DNA from: Desulfatiglandales bacterium
Lineage (GTDB): Bacteria > Desulfobacterota > DSM-4660 > Desulfatiglandales > HGW-15
Reading direction: 5' to 3'
NCBI GenBank assembly: GCA_963667015.2
Contig: CAXXJJ010000004.1
Location: forward strand, 2,912,001-2,976,000
Length of the DNA: 64,000 nt
In this document: one piece after another, positions 9,776 to 19,099 of the stretch
Layout: every line of letters begins with the position of its first letter
Position numbering within the stretch: position 1 is the first letter of the stretch
The notes under the pieces: model-generated
Databases searched by the model: none
Seen by the model: only the letters and a program-made list of their open reading frames with translations
What the model was told of the DNA's origin: nothing
Translations under genes and position numbers: made by a program

Positions 9776-9861
9776 GTTCAACCATTAAATCAACAAGACC
9801 GCGTGTCCTTCTTTGCTTGTTGTCAGCATCCCGGCGCGGCTTGTTATTTAAAACGTTATGT
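9776..9861 (+). repeat. attC site (medium class; target of the IS insertion)
   Basis: GTTCAAC...GTTATGT. Confidence 0.87.
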
Positions 9862-10694
9862 CCATTCAATTGCATATGGAGCAAATGGAAACACCTAAAA
9901 AAGATTTGAAAATCCTATGGGGACGTTCAGCAAACCGATGTTCAATGTGTCGGCAAGAGCTTTCAGCCGATAAGGTGCATGGAAACAGTTCTTATCCTAT
10001 TGGCGAACAAGCCCATATTGTTGCAGAGAACGATAATGGACCGAGAGGAAAAAGCATTCTTAATGAAAAAGAGCGCGCATCATATCGTAATTTAATACTA
10101 CTATGTCCAACACATCATTCAATAATTGATAAAGCACCTGAGGATTATCCTATTGAACGCCTTCATATGATAAAGCAAGAGCATGAGGACTGGGTACGCG
10201 AGTCCCTTCATGGTTTTCCTGGTTGGGATGTTCATATACAGGATGAGAAATATATAGGAGATGACAAAGAAGTTCGGATTATAAATTTTATTAAGGAATG
10301 GTTAGTTTTTATTTCTTTTTTCGAGCTGTTTTACATTAAAATCGAGGCTTATCTGCTAGACCATAAAAAGAAACTAGATGATTTACCACGTGATGATATA
10401 TTGGAATGGCACAAACGAAGAGGTATGCTGCGAGAACTCTTATTTATTACAGGAGAAACAAATCTCGTCGTCCAAAATTTTATGTCCTGGGAGCAATTAA
10501 AAGCAGAGGATCCATATCTTTCTGAGTGGGACTATGAGACACCATTCTCTTTTATCCTGGACTTTATAAATCCTATTGCAATGGTAAACCTTCATGGTTC
10601 AGCAGTTTGGAAAGCAAGCTTCATTTCTGAAGAATATATTGAGGGTCTTAGTTGGAAATTTTCTAGTATTAAGGCTTTACGCACAAAGACATAA
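9858..10694 (+). CDS. Cassette HNH endonuclease-domain protein
   Basis: RCSMC...EQAHIVA...GPR...NLILLCPTHHSIID. Confidence 0.88.
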   Translation: MSIQLHMEQMETPKKDLKILWGRSANRCSMCRQELSADKVHGNSSYPIGEQAHIVAENDNGPRGKSILNEKERASYRNLILLCPTHHSIIDKAPEDYPIERLHMIKQEHEDWVRESLHGFPGWDVHIQDEKYIGDDKEVRIINFIKEWLVFISFFELFYIKIEAYLLDHKKKLDDLPRDDILEWHKRRGMLRELLFITGETNLVVQNFMSWEQLKAEDPYLSEWDYETPFSFILDFINPIAMVNLHGSAVWKASFISEEYIEGLSWKFSSIKALRTKT

Positions 10695-10756
10695 CAAAAT
10701 GCTCTACCCGACCAGGCGATAAAACGCCGCCTGGCCGGTAAGCATAGTCGTTAGCC
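10689..10756 (+). repeat. attC site (short class)
   Basis: ACATAAC...GTTAGCC; near-identical to 547-614. Confidence 0.92.
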
Positions 10757-10785
10757 ACTCTATATAATATAAAAAGAGGTAAATA

Positions 10786-11223
10786 ATGAGAATCAATATA
10801 CTACCTATTACGTGTGCAATAGTTACAATATTTCTATGTTTACCTGTAATTTTTCTTAATATATCTGATTCTTCACTTGCTTTTCCAGTTGCAATCATTT
10901 TAAGCATCCCGTTTTTAGTGATGGGGTTTTTATGGAAGAAAATTAGCCTATGGGTGTATTATGGAGAAATCAATACAAAAAGGACATTCTCCTTTTTCAC
11001 GAAGAATCGGAATCAAAGATTTATGTCATTATGCTATGGGTATGCAAAATATTCATTTCCGTTGGTTGGCCTTTCACTCATTGCATGTACAATTTTTAAC
11101 TCAGAGTATATAGGTACTGTGTTAATGTTTTTTATTTGCTGGAATGCTGGTAGCGCTCTAATAGCGTGGTTTGCACCTCTTTGGAGTAATGAACATTCCA
11201 TATTTATGAAGGAACACTATTAA
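10786..11223 (+). CDS. Cassette 4-TM membrane protein
   Basis: Hydrophobic ORF, GAGGT RBS. Confidence 0.78.
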   Translation: MRINILPITCAIVTIFLCLPVIFLNISDSSLAFPVAIILSIPFLVMGFLWKKISLWVYYGEINTKRTFSFFTKNRNQRFMSLCYGYAKYSFPLVGLSLIACTIFNSEYIGTVLMFFICWNAGSALIAWFAPLWSNEHSIFMKEHY

Positions 11224-11240
11224 CTATTATAATAATTATG

Positions 11241-11368
11241 GGCTAACATCACAATTAAGTGCGACTGGCTACTATCTTGCCGGGCGGAGTCCAAAGGCTT
11301 CGGAAAGTTTCTACCTGCATGACATTGGTAGCCATAAATACGCCAGCCCCTTATTGTGGGCGTTAGCC
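11241..11368 (+). repeat. attC site (long class)
   Basis: GGCTAAC...GTTAGCC. Confidence 0.88.
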
Positions 11369-11375
11369 CAAGGAA

Positions 11376-11813
11376 ATGAAAATGCCTGACATAGAAATTA
11401 CTGTAGTTTTAATATCTGGTCTTTTTGCTTTGCTGGGAGGATTTCTAGGAGCTTGGCTTACTCGTAGGACAGAATATCAAAAATGGCTCCGTCAGCAACG
11501 TAGTATAGAATTTACTACAATTATTAAACAGCTTGAGGATTATAGAATAAGAGCTTTAAATATAATATATGATTCACAACGCGATGAACAAGATAAAGAT
11601 GTTGAACTCACTATGCTCTCTCTTGAATTAGCGCCTCAAGAAAGCATCGTTCGCCTTTATCTAGAAAAATCTGACAGGGATAATTTTTCTAAATTGTTAC
11701 ATGATCTATGGTCCTTTAATCATCCTATTATTGAGCAAACAGTTCGAATGAAAAAGGAAAATGAAATAATGCGTAGCATACAATCTTTGTTTGAACGAAC
11801 AATTGCGGGCTAA
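11376..11813 (+). CDS. Cassette single-TM helical protein
   Basis: N-terminal TM then helical domain; stop in R''. Confidence 0.78.
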   Translation: MKMPDIEITVVLISGLFALLGGFLGAWLTRRTEYQKWLRQQRSIEFTTIIKQLEDYRIRALNIIYDSQRDEQDKDVELTMLSLELAPQESIVRLYLEKSDRDNFSKLLHDLWSFNHPIIEQTVRMKKENEIMRSIQSLFERTIAG

Positions 11814-11939
11814 CAAAGCATTCAAGCGCGACCATGCTTTTTTTTCGCCTTTTTTAATGTCCTAGCGGTAAGCAATCTTTCTAGCAATCAATAAGTGCAT
11901 TGGCTTGCACCGCATGGCCCCTTAATGCAGGCGTTATGG
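11808..11939 (+). repeat. attC site (long class)
   Basis: GGCTAAC...GTTATGG. Confidence 0.88.
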
Positions 11940-11954
11940 CCGCCTAATGAGAAG

Positions 11955-12314
11955 ATGAGAAAAATTGGAACAGTAGTAAAAGTAAAAAAAGGAGAATCAA
12001 TACCAGTTTTAAACATTGATCAAACTGGTTGGCGCGGTCGTGTCACCGACCGAGGACAAGATAGAATGCTTGGCATTTATTACTGTGTGGAATGGGATAG
12101 CATTACACTTGAAAATATTGGAAACAAACAAATCTACCGAATGCATAAAAATAAAAAAGACTGGACAAAAGACATATTTGGCAGGGGCTCAATAATCGCG
12201 GCAAAAGAAAGAGATACTGAAGAGGATGTTAAATCAAAAATAAAAACAATAAAAACTATGATCAAAAACAGAGATAAAAGACTTCAAAGACTTTTAAATA
12301 CAAAAAAGCCATAA
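11955..12314 (+). CDS. Cassette basic hypothetical protein (SH3-like barrel?)
   Basis: ATG 11955; GWRGRV...VEWDSITL; fold call is inference. Confidence 0.72.
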   Translation: MRKIGTVVKVKKGESIPVLNIDQTGWRGRVTDRGQDRMLGIYYCVEWDSITLENIGNKQIYRMHKNKKDWTKDIFGRGSIIAAKERDTEEDVKSKIKTIKTMIKNRDKRLQRLLNTKKP

Positions 12315-12440
12315 CAATCCAATAAACTCAGACCGGGCTACTATCTTGCCAGACCGGGATTGAATACAACATATTAACAATTGCGGTTGGCAAATATTTA
12401 CAATATTAAACCGCCCGGCAGGTTATCGGCGGCGTTAGTG
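12309..12440 (+). repeat. attC site (long class)
   Basis: CCATAAC...GTTAGTG. Confidence 0.88.
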
Positions 12441-12473
12441 GTAGCAGAGCTAAAAATAAAAAGGAGATTAAAA

Positions 12474-12611
12474 ATGGAACAGGAAAATAATAAAAAGGAA
12501 ACTCATCCGGTAATAATTCTAGCATCTGTGATTTTAGGTATAGCATTCGTTGTCGCGGCAATTTATGGCTTTAAAACAGGTTGGAACTTTGGAGCAATGA
12601 TATTTAATTAA
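12474..12611 (+). CDS. Cassette 45-aa single-TM protein
   Basis: AGGAG RBS, ATG 12474. Confidence 0.7.
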   Translation: MEQENNKKETHPVIILASVILGIAFVVAAIYGFKTGWNFGAMIFN

Positions 12612-12698
12612 TCTGAATAAACATTGGTATTTTATTGTTCTATTAAAAAACGATATGGGCATATTTAAAAATCATGACCCTATACATCAAACGTCAAC

Positions 12699-12830
12699 CA
12701 CTAACCATAACATCTACTAGGACCGTGCTATTTTTTCGCCAATTTTTATCACCCTGCAATTCTAAACCTTCAAGCTTTTAACAAGGTAAGTAGGTTTGCA
12801 CCGCACGGCCTGTAATGTTTTTCGTTAGAA
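12699..12830 (+). repeat. attC site (long class)
   Basis: CACTAAC...GTTAGAA. Confidence 0.88.
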
Positions 12831-12831
12831 A

Positions 12832-13314
12832 ATGCAAAATAAATTAACAATAAATGAACAATGGAATTTATACGCTTGTGGACCTCGCTGCTTAATACAA
12901 TTAGCAAAAATAAGAGGTATACCACTATCTGAAAAAGATATCATAAATAACTACTATTGCATGGTACCACTGTGGCAACAAGGTCAGTGTGGTGTAAGTA
13001 GTTTGGGACTTTGCCAACATATTGCTCGTACTTTTCAACTAGCTCGGGATAGTTACGTGCATCAGGACCATACACAACTTCAATCCCTGGTTGAAAATTC
13101 GACGGGAGTCCTCGTATGTACGCATAAAATTCAGGGTCCGCCTCCTCAATTAAATCTTTTGGAATTACACCATCTTCGCCTGGTGGTGGGGGCGGGCATA
13201 CAAAAAGAATCGCTCGTCCTCTGGAATCCCACACAAGATGGTCAGGCACACCACCAGATAGTTGAATTGGATAGTCTTCCGGAGCTGAACGTTGAATTTT
13301 TGATTTTAACATAA
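12832..13314 (+). CDS. Cassette papain-fold/C39-like cysteine peptidase
   Basis: Q...ACGPRCL, HLRLVVG, LWNP match the C39 Cys/His/Asp-Asn layout. Confidence 0.6.
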   Translation: MQNKLTINEQWNLYACGPRCLIQLAKIRGIPLSEKDIINNYYCMVPLWQQGQCGVSSLGLCQHIARTFQLARDSYVHQDHTQLQSLVENSTGVLVCTHKIQGPPPQLNLLELHHLRLVVGAGIQKESLVLWNPTQDGQAHHQIVELDSLPELNVEFLILT

Positions 13315-13347
13315 TAGTATTAATACCTCTTTTTAATTAAAAATATT

Positions 13348-13414
13348 TTCTAACATTTTAATTAACAGGATTTGTCGAAAAAACCCGCCAAACCTGTTAT
13401 TAAAGTCGTTGGCT
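13348..13414 (+). repeat. attC site (short class)
   Basis: TTCTAAC...GTTGGCT. Confidence 0.88.
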
Positions 13415-14475
13415 GTCAATAGAATAGAGAAAAAGGAAATTCAAAGGAAGCGGAAATGAAGTTTCTAACAACAAGTAACTCAAGGACGCGACCTGTTACA
13501 TCGGAAAATTTGTAGAGGACATTTTAGTAATAGGAGGATAATATGCCAATAGCATTACTGATAGCACCCTTTGTAGCCTATCAAATTTATCAAGCAGCTA
13601 AAAACAGGGTAGATAAAAATAACGATTCTGCAGCTATATGGGTAATACTTACATTGTTAATGTGGCCTTTAGGAGCATACATGGCTGGATTGCGCTTCAA
13701 AAGAAATGGCCTGACATTTTTGGGATTATTAATTTTTATTTTATCTTCCATTATTTGGGGAGTTAAAACGACTAAAGGACTCGTTGCATCAAACCTTCAT
13801 GATTATAGTGAGTTAATACTTGTTGTTTTTTTCATTGGGCTTCCATTTGTTTTATACCTATTGCATCGTGAGGCAATAAAATATAGCGGATATACAGGGT
13901 GGCGGGCAATTTTATGGATTACCTTAATTATATTATTCATAACAGTCCCTTCATCAATTGTTGTTAAGCTATCAGAGGATTTTCAAAACGGATGGCTAAT
14001 AACCTTTGTAACTATTTTCTCATCACTATTGGGAGTTGGTGCAAGTTGGTGGGTCTGCAGGTTCTTTATGAATAAAAAAATCTGTGAAAAGTGGCAAAAG
14101 CTATTCAATATGGAAGATGACGAAATTGCAGAAAGCGAAATAAGTCAAAACCCAGCCTCTGAAAAAATTGAAACCTCGAATATGATACTTGAATTAACTG
14201 GAGCTGAAAATTCAATCTATAATGATTATAAGGAAATGATTCAAAGCAATGATATTCCAAACATGGCTGGCATTTTAGCCAAATTAAAGAAAAAACATAA
14301 ACTCAATATAAAATATATTACTAATGCCATTGAAAAAGGGGAAAAGTATGAGACTTCTTCAACTTAAAGAAGTCCCTAATAAAAAAACATAATATTCAAA
14401 AATCATCAAATCTTTAAAATCAGTAATTGAAAGTAAGCAGTTAAAAACAAACTAAACAGGTTGGCGGCAGCCAAT
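13408..14475 (+). other. Cassette with family B head and tail enclosing an ORF
   Basis: Head GGAAGCGGAAATGAAGTT...GTAACTCAAGG (13408-13490) and tail (14381-14475) match family B. Confidence 0.85.
13543..14367 (+). CDS. Multi-TM membrane protein
   Basis: AGGAGG RBS; about six hydrophobic segments. Confidence 0.82.
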   Translation: MPIALLIAPFVAYQIYQAAKNRVDKNNDSAAIWVILTLLMWPLGAYMAGLRFKRNGLTFLGLLIFILSSIIWGVKTTKGLVASNLHDYSELILVVFFIGLPFVLYLLHREAIKYSGYTGWRAILWITLIILFITVPSSIVVKLSEDFQNGWLITFVTIFSSLLGVGASWWVCRFFMNKKICEKWQKLFNMEDDEIAESEISQNPASEKIETSNMILELTGAENSIYNDYKEMIQSNDIPNMAGILAKLKKKHKLNIKYITNAIEKGEKYETSST

Positions 14476-14592
14476 TACGTCTACAAGGACCGTGCTTTTT
14501 TTCCGCTTTTTTAGACATCTGCCAAGTTCAAACCTCCGCACATTTAATATTGTAAGTAGGTTTGCACCGGCCTGTAATGTTTCACGTTAAAA
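14469..14592 (+). repeat. attC site, degenerate (AGCCAAT, small deletions)
   Basis: Relative of 21598-21729 with damaged R''. Confidence 0.7.
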
Positions 14593-14635
14593 AAAATCTC
14601 CAGATCTTTTTACTAAGGAAATAAAGGAGCTCAAT

Positions 14636-15604
14636 ATGAAACGATATTTTATCGTTATCCTAGTGGTAGCTATCACATTTTTAAATTGCGAGTCTTACAC
14701 TAATCGTAAAAAGTGCAAATCAGTTATCAGTACTCATAAGACTGAATTGCAGAGCCTACACTTCAAACTTACTCGTCTAAAGTCAAAATGGCCAGAAGCT
14801 TCTTGGGATGACCTAAAAGCCCGTATCAGCACGGAAATATTTGCTCCAGAGTGGCTTAGTGAACGGAGTGATTTTGGTTTTCGATATTTTGATGAGCCAC
14901 CTGCCTCAATTAATTCTCCTGATAAGGATGCTGAGCCCTATTGGGGATATTTTTATCCCTACATAGCCTCCTCAATTGAGCCTAAAATAATTATAAGTGG
15001 CCCTAGCAAAAATACATGTTGGATAAGTTACGATCGTCCATTAACTTTTCTAACAGAAAAGACGTATTGGAGGGAAGACCAAATTCGTGTGAGTGCACCT
15101 AGTTTTTTTGAATCTCCTGAATTATTGTCAGCGCTAGCCTATACAATGGGAACAGATTACGGTTTGCCAGAATACCCCGATGATCCCGAATTGTTTGCCC
15201 GGAACCTAAAACAAGATTTGAAAGCAAAATACATCGTGATTTCCCGTTTAGTTGACTTGAATTATCCTGAGCCACCAAAATGGACTAATAGAAAGCCTTC
15301 AATAATAGACCGGTTTACCAATACATTTGACGAAGACCATTTAAATGTAGAGCTCCATGTATGTGTATTCGATCTAGAAAGCGAGAAGCTTATTGCTCGG
15401 TTTAATGATAGTATTTATCCGGGTGGGTCTATTAATTGGCAATGGACGAAATGGGGAGGACAAAACCAACTTGATCATTCATTTTACGAAGGTTGCAAAG
15501 AATCGATTAGCCGAAAGGCTAAAGAAGAACAATTATCTGGTATTGTTTATAAATTAGGGAAAAACGTAGTTGATCCTGAGGGCATAGTGCCTAAGGATAA
15601 ATAA
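14636..15604 (+). CDS. Cassette putative lipoprotein
   Basis: MKRYFIVILVVAITFLNC; AAGGAG RBS. Confidence 0.8.
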   Translation: MKRYFIVILVVAITFLNCESYTNRKKCKSVISTHKTELQSLHFKLTRLKSKWPEASWDDLKARISTEIFAPEWLSERSDFGFRYFDEPPASINSPDKDAEPYWGYFYPYIASSIEPKIIISGPSKNTCWISYDRPLTFLTEKTYWREDQIRVSAPSFFESPELLSALAYTMGTDYGLPEYPDDPELFARNLKQDLKAKYIVISRLVDLNYPEPPKWTNRKPSIIDRFTNTFDEDHLNVELHVCVFDLESEKLIARFNDSIYPGGSINWQWTKWGGQNQLDHSFYEGCKESISRKAKEEQLSGIVYKLGKNVVDPEGIVPKDK

Positions 15605-15770
15605 TTGATCTAAGGCATTATGAATCAAAGGAGGATTTTTGTTGGTTAGCATGGAAAAGGAATATTAAGTACATAAGTGGCGGGGGTGGCCTCGTGGACA
15701 ACTTGGGGACGTAAGTAATAAAGTAAAAATAACAGTTTGTTTCATCTTTTTACTTACATCCCATATCTTA

Positions 15771-15981
15771 CACAAGGATGCGAAAACTGATCTGATAAAT
15801 TAAAAAAGTTCACAAAACAATTCAGTTTATTCCCATCCCGGAAATTCTTTTGAAAAATAATTCAGAACAATATAAAAAGAAGAATCAAAAAACATAGTAT
15901 TCAAAAAGCATCAAATCTTTAAAAATCAGTAATTGAAAGTAAGCAGTCATAAACAAACTAAACAGGTTGGCGGCAGCCAAC
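15771..15981 (+). repeat. Family B element, headless copy
   Basis: Matches family B from CAAGG..GCGA to GGCAGCCAAC. Confidence 0.85.
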
Positions 15982-16107
15982 AATGGTATCTACTAAGACC
16001 GGGCTATTTTCTTTGCTTTTTATGTATCATCTTACAAGTATCAATTTATTAGTCTTTAAATGGTAAGTAGGTTTGCACCGCCCGGCTTGTAATACCTGTC
16101 GTTATGC
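15975..16107 (+). repeat. attC site (long class)
   Basis: AGCCAAC...GTTATGC. Confidence 0.88.
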
Positions 16108-16122
16108 AATGGAGGAATATAT

Positions 16123-16476
16123 ATGGAACTTATTGATAAAATCCTGAGTAAAATACACATTAGGTCTTTTTCTATTCTTATAGCTGCTCTATTTGCAATA
16201 GCTGGAATATATATGATTTATCATGGTATCCGGGATGAAGGAGCAATTAATATATCATCAGCGATTATAACCGGAAAAATAAAATCCGGGCTCGTAGGAG
16301 TAACCCTTGTCTTCTTAGGTGCTATGATTTCTTTAGCTTGTATTATCGTTAAACCAGCACGACAAAAGGTCAAAATAAAAACGAACAATGGCTATTTGGA
16401 ATGGGAAGGAACTGTTAACTCAATTCGCAGTCTAATTCGTCAAATGGAGTCTATGGTTGATCAACTCAATAAGTGA
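16123..16476 (+). CDS. Cassette 2-TM membrane protein
   Basis: GGAGG RBS. Confidence 0.8.
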   Translation: MELIDKILSKIHIRSFSILIAALFAIAGIYMIYHGIRDEGAINISSAIITGKIKSGLVGVTLVFLGAMISLACIIVKPARQKVKIKTNNGYLEWEGTVNSIRSLIRQMESMVDQLNK

Positions 16477-16480
16477 TAAT

Positions 16481-16608
16481 GCATAACATTTAAATCAACA
16501 AGGACATGCTACTATCTTGCCAAATCAACCTTTAGTGGTTTGCATAATTTATACTTGTAATAATCTTTAAAGGCGTGCACCGCATGCCTGTTATTTAACG
16601 CGTTAGAA
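16481..16608 (+). repeat. attC site (long class)
   Basis: GCATAAC...GTTAGAA. Confidence 0.88.
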
Positions 16609-16614
16609 AATTAA

Positions 16615-17088
16615 ATGATGATTAATTACACTGTGACCAATAAATATTTTCTTTACTCAGCAAGGATTGCAACTGCTATTATTTCCTTATTCTTAATATT
16701 TTTTCAGGTTATAGCAGTATGCTATATTTTCGACCGTATTGGAGATATAAAGTTATTTGACGCTATTGGCAGTGTTTTAATTCTCACTCTTTTGACATTT
16801 TTTATTTATTACCAAATTTCTAAAATATTTCGTTCTAAACATATCACCATGAATTCTGATGGCTTTCATTTCAACAACAAAACTATACCTTGGGAAAATA
16901 TCACAAAAATAGTTTTTCATTTTAAGTACTTTACAATTATTTATAAAGAGAAGAATAAAAACAAAAAAACTGTGGGCATATGGGGATTCTCTCATGAATC
17001 AAATAGATCAAGAGAGTTAATTCAGTTATATGCTTCTAAAAATCATACTTATGTAGATAAAGGATTTTTAATATTTTCTAACAATTAA
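16615..17088 (+). CDS. Cassette 2-TM protein with PH-like C-terminal domain
   Basis: Two TM then IPWENITKI motif typical of bacterial PH-like domains. Confidence 0.72.
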   Translation: MMINYTVTNKYFLYSARIATAIISLFLIFFQVIAVCYIFDRIGDIKLFDAIGSVLILTLLTFFIYYQISKIFRSKHITMNSDGFHFNNKTIPWENITKIVFHFKYFTIIYKEKNKNKKTVGIWGFSHESNRSRELIQLYASKNHTYVDKGFLIFSNN

Positions 17089-17203
17089 TTCAACCCGACG
17101 TGCTTACTATCTTGCCAAATCGGGCTTTAAAGTTTTGCAAAGTTCAATCTTCTAAAAGCCTTTATTGGCTGGCACCGCACGCCGGTTAATTATGGCGTTA
17201 GTT
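17076..17203 (+). repeat. attC site (long class)
   Basis: TTCTAAC...GTTAGTT. Confidence 0.88.
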
Positions 17204-17229
17204 TTTAATAGGGAGATAAACTATATTAA

Positions 17230-17853
17230 ATGAAATTATCGATTAAATCAGAATGGAAAATAGTTAAAGAGAAACTTATTAAAATAGACTCAAAATTGAA
17301 GACCGAAACCACTCCTATTCCAACGCGCCAAATGTGCGAATTGCTAATCGCAGGGGAGGACCATCGTTTTAGATTCCACCCTGGAGTTGATATAATCGGA
17401 TTAATGCGTTCAATTTGGAAAACAATAATATATAGGAATAGACAGGGTGGATCGACTATTGCAATGCAACTTGTTAGAACACTTACTGGTAGATATGAAA
17501 AAACATTTCTTCGTAAAATTCGTGAAATTATCCTTGCATTAATGGCTACAAAACATTTCGGAAAAAACAGTCTTCCTATGTGTTACCTATATGTTGGGTA
17601 CTACGGATGGAGAATGAATAACTTTAAGCAGGCTTGCATAAAATTAAGTATTGAACCTGAATTAGTTGATGAATTTGAAGCTGCAAAACTAATTGCCAGG
17701 CTTAAGTACCCAGAGCCAGGCAAATACAGCTCTGATAGGTTTTACAAAATAGAAAGACGTGCGAGACACCTTATTTCAATAAAAAATAACAAAAACATTA
17801 TAGGGATATATGGAACCTTTCAGAATTACGGCGCCGCTTCAAGGTCTAATTGA
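17230..17853 (+). CDS. GT51 peptidoglycan transglycosylase-like protein without TM anchor
   Basis: EDHRF..H.G, GGSTIAMQLVR, RKIREI motifs. Confidence 0.88.
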   Translation: MKLSIKSEWKIVKEKLIKIDSKLKTETTPIPTRQMCELLIAGEDHRFRFHPGVDIIGLMRSIWKTIIYRNRQGGSTIAMQLVRTLTGRYEKTFLRKIREIILALMATKHFGKNSLPMCYLYVGYYGWRMNNFKQACIKLSIEPELVDEFEAAKLIARLKYPEPGKYSSDRFYKIERRARHLISIKNNKNIIGIYGTFQNYGAASRSN

Positions 17854-18487
17854 AACTTATCCACGTACAGAGATTGTGATAGACGCAGTGACACGTGGCG
17901 GAGAACCAGCACTTCAGTATTTAGCAAGGCTTTGGTTGTCCGAGGGTATCCCATACGCATTTCGTGAATGCCCAGCTGTATACGAGTCGATTCGCTCTTG
18001 GCTTGGTAATTGGATTGGTGTTCACCCGAAAGAGATAGGTCTTACTGGTAGTTCTCGTTTAGGGTCTTCTTTAGCACCAAACAAGCTTGGTAAACCATTA
18101 AGCAAAGACTCCGACCTTGATTTGTTTATCGTTTCGAGCTCATTATTCTCAGCTCTTAAGGAAGAATTTCGAAAATGGTCTTTCGACTTTGAAAGTGGGG
18201 AAACAGAACCAACAAATAAAAGAGAGGCGGGATTTTGGGCCGATAATAATGCACGCGGGCCTCAGATGCTATCCCGTGGTTTTATCGATCAAAAAATGAT
18301 CCCCAATTTAGTGCGATATCCTATTACTAAAAAAATCAGCCAAGGAATGTGGCTGTTGGTGGAGAAACTTAAAATAACACAACGTGCACCTCAACCACCT
18401 GCAGCTTCAATACGATGCTATGAAACCTGGGAAAGTTATGTGAGACAAACATCAATAAATCTATCAAAATTAAAACAAAAAAACTAA
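17810..18487 (+). CDS. Pol-beta superfamily nucleotidyltransferase-like protein
   Basis: TGSSRLG...DSDLDLFIVS (GS + DxD). Confidence 0.8.
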   Translation: MEPFRITAPLQGLIETYPRTEIVIDAVTRGGEPALQYLARLWLSEGIPYAFRECPAVYESIRSWLGNWIGVHPKEIGLTGSSRLGSSLAPNKLGKPLSKDSDLDLFIVSSSLFSALKEEFRKWSFDFESGETEPTNKREAGFWADNNARGPQMLSRGFIDQKMIPNLVRYPITKKISQGMWLLVEKLKITQRAPQPPAASIRCYETWESYVRQTSINLSKLKQKN

Positions 18488-18544
18488 CCATTTGCTTGTA
18501 TGGACGCGCAAAACAACCGCGCGCCTCACAGCAATACGTTAGCA
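18482..18544 (+). repeat. attC site (short class)
   Basis: AACTAAC...GTTAGCA. Confidence 0.82.
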
Positions 18545-18599
18545 CTTTACCGGTATAAGAGACAACGAAACAATATATTATTTGGAGTGATGAGAATAA

Positions 18600-18935
18600 A
18601 TGACAGAAATAAATATAGCAGAAGGAATTGGAAAGGAAATAATTAAAAATCTTCATGACTATTATGAAGAGATTACGATGGAAGAAGCAGAGTATATTCC
18701 TTTGATTAAAAGGGTTATAAAAGCAATTAATAATTACATCAATTTATATGATATATCTAAATTTGATAACAAAACATTAAAAGAAACATTACTTGTATAT
18801 GCAAGGGATCTATACGTTGAAGTATGTCAAATCAATGCGAAAGAAAATGGCGAGGAGATTTCCTCAAAGCAAGTCAAAGAGGAATCTGAAGAGATTTTTA
18901 ATTATATTTATGAACACGAAGAGTATCCTTTTTAG
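18600..18935 (+). CDS. Cassette acidic hypothetical protein
   Basis: ORF fills cassette. Confidence 0.78.
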   Translation: MTEINIAEGIGKEIIKNLHDYYEEITMEEAEYIPLIKRVIKAINNYINLYDISKFDNKTLKETLLVYARDLYVEVCQINAKENGEEISSKQVKEESEEIFNYIYEHEEYPF

Positions 18936-18949
18936 ATAAGGAAAAAATG

Positions 18950-19077
18950 TGCTAACATCAGCATCTACAAGGACATGCTAATATCTTGCCGAATCAGGCT
19001 TTCAAGGTTCGCGAATATTCTTCTACTAATAATCTTTAAAGGTATGCACCGCATGCCTGTAATGCAGCACGTTATGT
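18950..19077 (+). repeat. attC site (long class)
   Basis: TGCTAAC...GTTATGT. Confidence 0.88.
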
Positions 19078-19099
19078 AAATAAGGAAGAGGAGAAACAA

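Larger units (their letters stand above)
7490..9782 (-). mobile_element. IS91-like element (tyrosine recombinase + Y2 transposase) inserted at the AAC of an attC R''
   Basis: Removing 7490-9782 rejoins AGTTAAC to CATTAAATCAACAAGACC..., an intact attC; GCCGC-GCAA-GCGGC hairpin at 9759-9772; CTTGTTC at the other end. Confidence 0.85.
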
